Source: Seison nebaliae (lineage: Eukaryota). Taken from it: 40,553 nt of DNA. A program made the position numbers and the translations under genes. The DNA is taken from positions 1 to 40,553 of the forward strand of contig JALJEE010000638.1 of the NCBI GenBank assembly GCA_023231475.1, read 5' to 3'. Position 1 is the first letter of the stretch, and each line of letters begins with the position of its first letter. Below, in pieces: positions 38,582 through 40,553 of this stretch. A model generated the notes under the pieces. That model made no database searches. It was not told where the DNA came from and was given only the letters and a program-made list of their open reading frames with translations.

Positions 38582-39580
38582 TCTCTTTAAACAAAACCGA
38601 CAAATGTCAAAATAACCGGTTTAAATCATCATTTAATATCACTGCATATTTATAATATTTATTTAGCTGGAGGTTTTTTGCTTATTCAGCTTGTTCTGTT
38701 CCCTTCAAACTAAAATTTTTTTAAGTCCTCATAAAAGATAAATTGGAAAAAAGACAAACATGACCACCAAAAGGACGTGAAGAAGATGATTCGCTTTCTT
38801 TTTTTTTCTTAATTATTTAATGAACTTAATTAATTTTATCGATAAATTATTCTATTATTGAATGAATTAAGTTCAAAGAATTAACGGTTTTATTATCATT
38901 GAGTAGTCGTAATCATAATGTGACGATTAGGCACAATAAGTCGTAACATATGTGGAAGATTTGAAATAACGTCCATCTATTTATCATATCAATAAATTTT
39001 ATACAGAAATTAGAACTCCCTTTTCATAGAGTCCGATTAACAACCAAAAAAGTCCACATTGGTTACACTATGAGTTATATTTATTGGAAGTTTTCCACTC
39101 GTTTTATGTCGTTTTTAGCTGAATTGTTTCGTTGAACTTTTATTATAGTACGTTTAATATTTCAATAGAATATTAAGAATACTATTTCATATAATAGATT
39201 CTATTCGGTAATAGAACATATTATTAGTCTTTTATTCAGTCAAAAATTCTATCAAACATTCATATTGTTTGGGAATGTTCTTTATTAAAAAAATGCAGTT
39301 ATCAATCACAGAAATATTGGAGAAACTGGTCAATTTGTTAACATACCATATCATCAATTTATATCATTACATAATATAATCAATATATTAATATATGTAA
39401 TTAAAAGATTTTTCATTTTAAATTTAATGACAAATTTTCTGAATTTATGGTAAATGTAAATTGTCAATGAGAAATGAACAATATGAAGATTATACTTTCT
39501 TCAAAAAAATATTCTTCTTCAAATATTCATATTGTATTAGATCGCGTTGAAATAACAATCTTGGTTTATAATCGGGGTTG

Positions 39581-40553
39581 TTATAATACCTTTTGTACTG
39601 TTTGTTTAATTCTTCGTACGTTTTTTGGGCTTACTCTTGTACCTTCAACGTCCTTAGCTGGGAGATCCACCTCACATTTAAATACGCTATTTTGATCAGG
39701 AAACTTAAAACCGTCAAATCTCATTGTTATTTTATTTTCGTCGAAATTTTCGTCTTCTTCATAATTTATAGCATCATACTCACTAAATTGGAATAAACGG
39801 GTAGTATTAAAATTTTTTATATTTAGATAATTAAATGACTGATAACCTTAATTTTTTATAATCATCTTCGTTAACATTTCCAAGATCTTTCTCTGCACTT
39901 ATAGGAGCTACCATACATACTGCTCCGCACTCTAACTTTTCACATGACTCTAATAATGTAAATGGTTAATATTAAAATTAATTTCAAAACAAACTCTTTA
40001 ATACATTTTCGTCCACAGTTAAAGTTATTTGCATGCGGTCGCCAACCATAATTGCCTCATCTCCTGCACGTTCTGAAGCACTTTCAGAAATCTTAGAAAT
40101 TGTCATTTCTATTTTAAAGTCAACTTTGGTTTCCACTTTATCATAAATCTCATCCGCAACTCTTAACGTAAGGAAAATTTGAAGAATTAATGATAAATGA
40201 TGTCACTTTATATCTGAGTACTTGTCAACAGTTCCAAATCCATTTTTACATGTTACTTTGAAAGATAGCTCTTTCGTTTGTATTATTTGTTTTTCGTAAA
40301 AATAAACATGTGCCACTTTGCTGTTCTCCTTACCATCAGTAATACAGTTTACGTCCACAATAATCTTACCATCATTTACCGGTGAATCTTTGCCCTTACA
40401 TATATTTGTTGTATCATTTTGTTTCACAAATTGAAAACCAAGACCTTTAAGTTCTCCTGTTGGGGTAAGTGTCATGTTCTGATTACAAGTTACATTAACA
40501 CCGTACTTCGGTTCCTCACCTGTCAATAGTCAATTAAATCAAATTTGAAAATG
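39581..40553 (-). CDS. Secreted ZP-domain-like protein, paralog B (first exon lies beyond the window end)
   Basis: Colinear with paralog A and with the same intron positions: VTCNQ..ICKG..NCIT..LSFKVTCKNGFG, IMVGDRMQITL, SCEKLECGAVC, FDGFKFPDQNSVFKCEV, VRRIKQTVQKVL*. Confidence 0.7.

Noticed and set aside
37625..39796. Similar plus-strand ORFs 37625-37825 and 39593-39796, both ending KLE*
   Set aside because: They are antisense shadows of the paralogous ZP-like last exons and their shared intron end.
1..40553. CRISPR arrays, rRNA, tRNA or prokaryotic systems
   Set aside because: None seen; the window is intron-containing eukaryotic DNA.

Overview
AT-rich eukaryotic (metazoan) genomic DNA from a compact genome with very short introns (about 38-66 nt). 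The organism cannot be fixed from the sequence. By hand I reconstructed about 16 protein-coding genes plus the 3' end of a decayed hAT DNA transposon. In order: hAT remnant, an orphan single-pass membrane protein with 19-aa repeats, a Hes/Hairy-type bHLH-WRPW repressor with about 6 kb of upstream non-coding DNA, SLC66A2/PQLC1, CDK7, RSKR/SgK494 kinase, MRPS6, a TASK-type K2P channel, UPF0193/EVG1 (C22orf23), GMP reductase, an intronless OTU-like protease, an orphan gene, two tandem SLC7 amino-acid transporters, an intronless divergent USP-like protease and two tandem secreted ZP-domain-like genes. The strongest unexplained signal is the splicing code. About 47 of 52 reconstructed introns begin GTT, none begins GTRAG, +5G is mostly absent, and about 10 end in AAG, which points to a divergent mode of splice-site recognition. 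All gene models and counts are manual and are not validated by transcript data.
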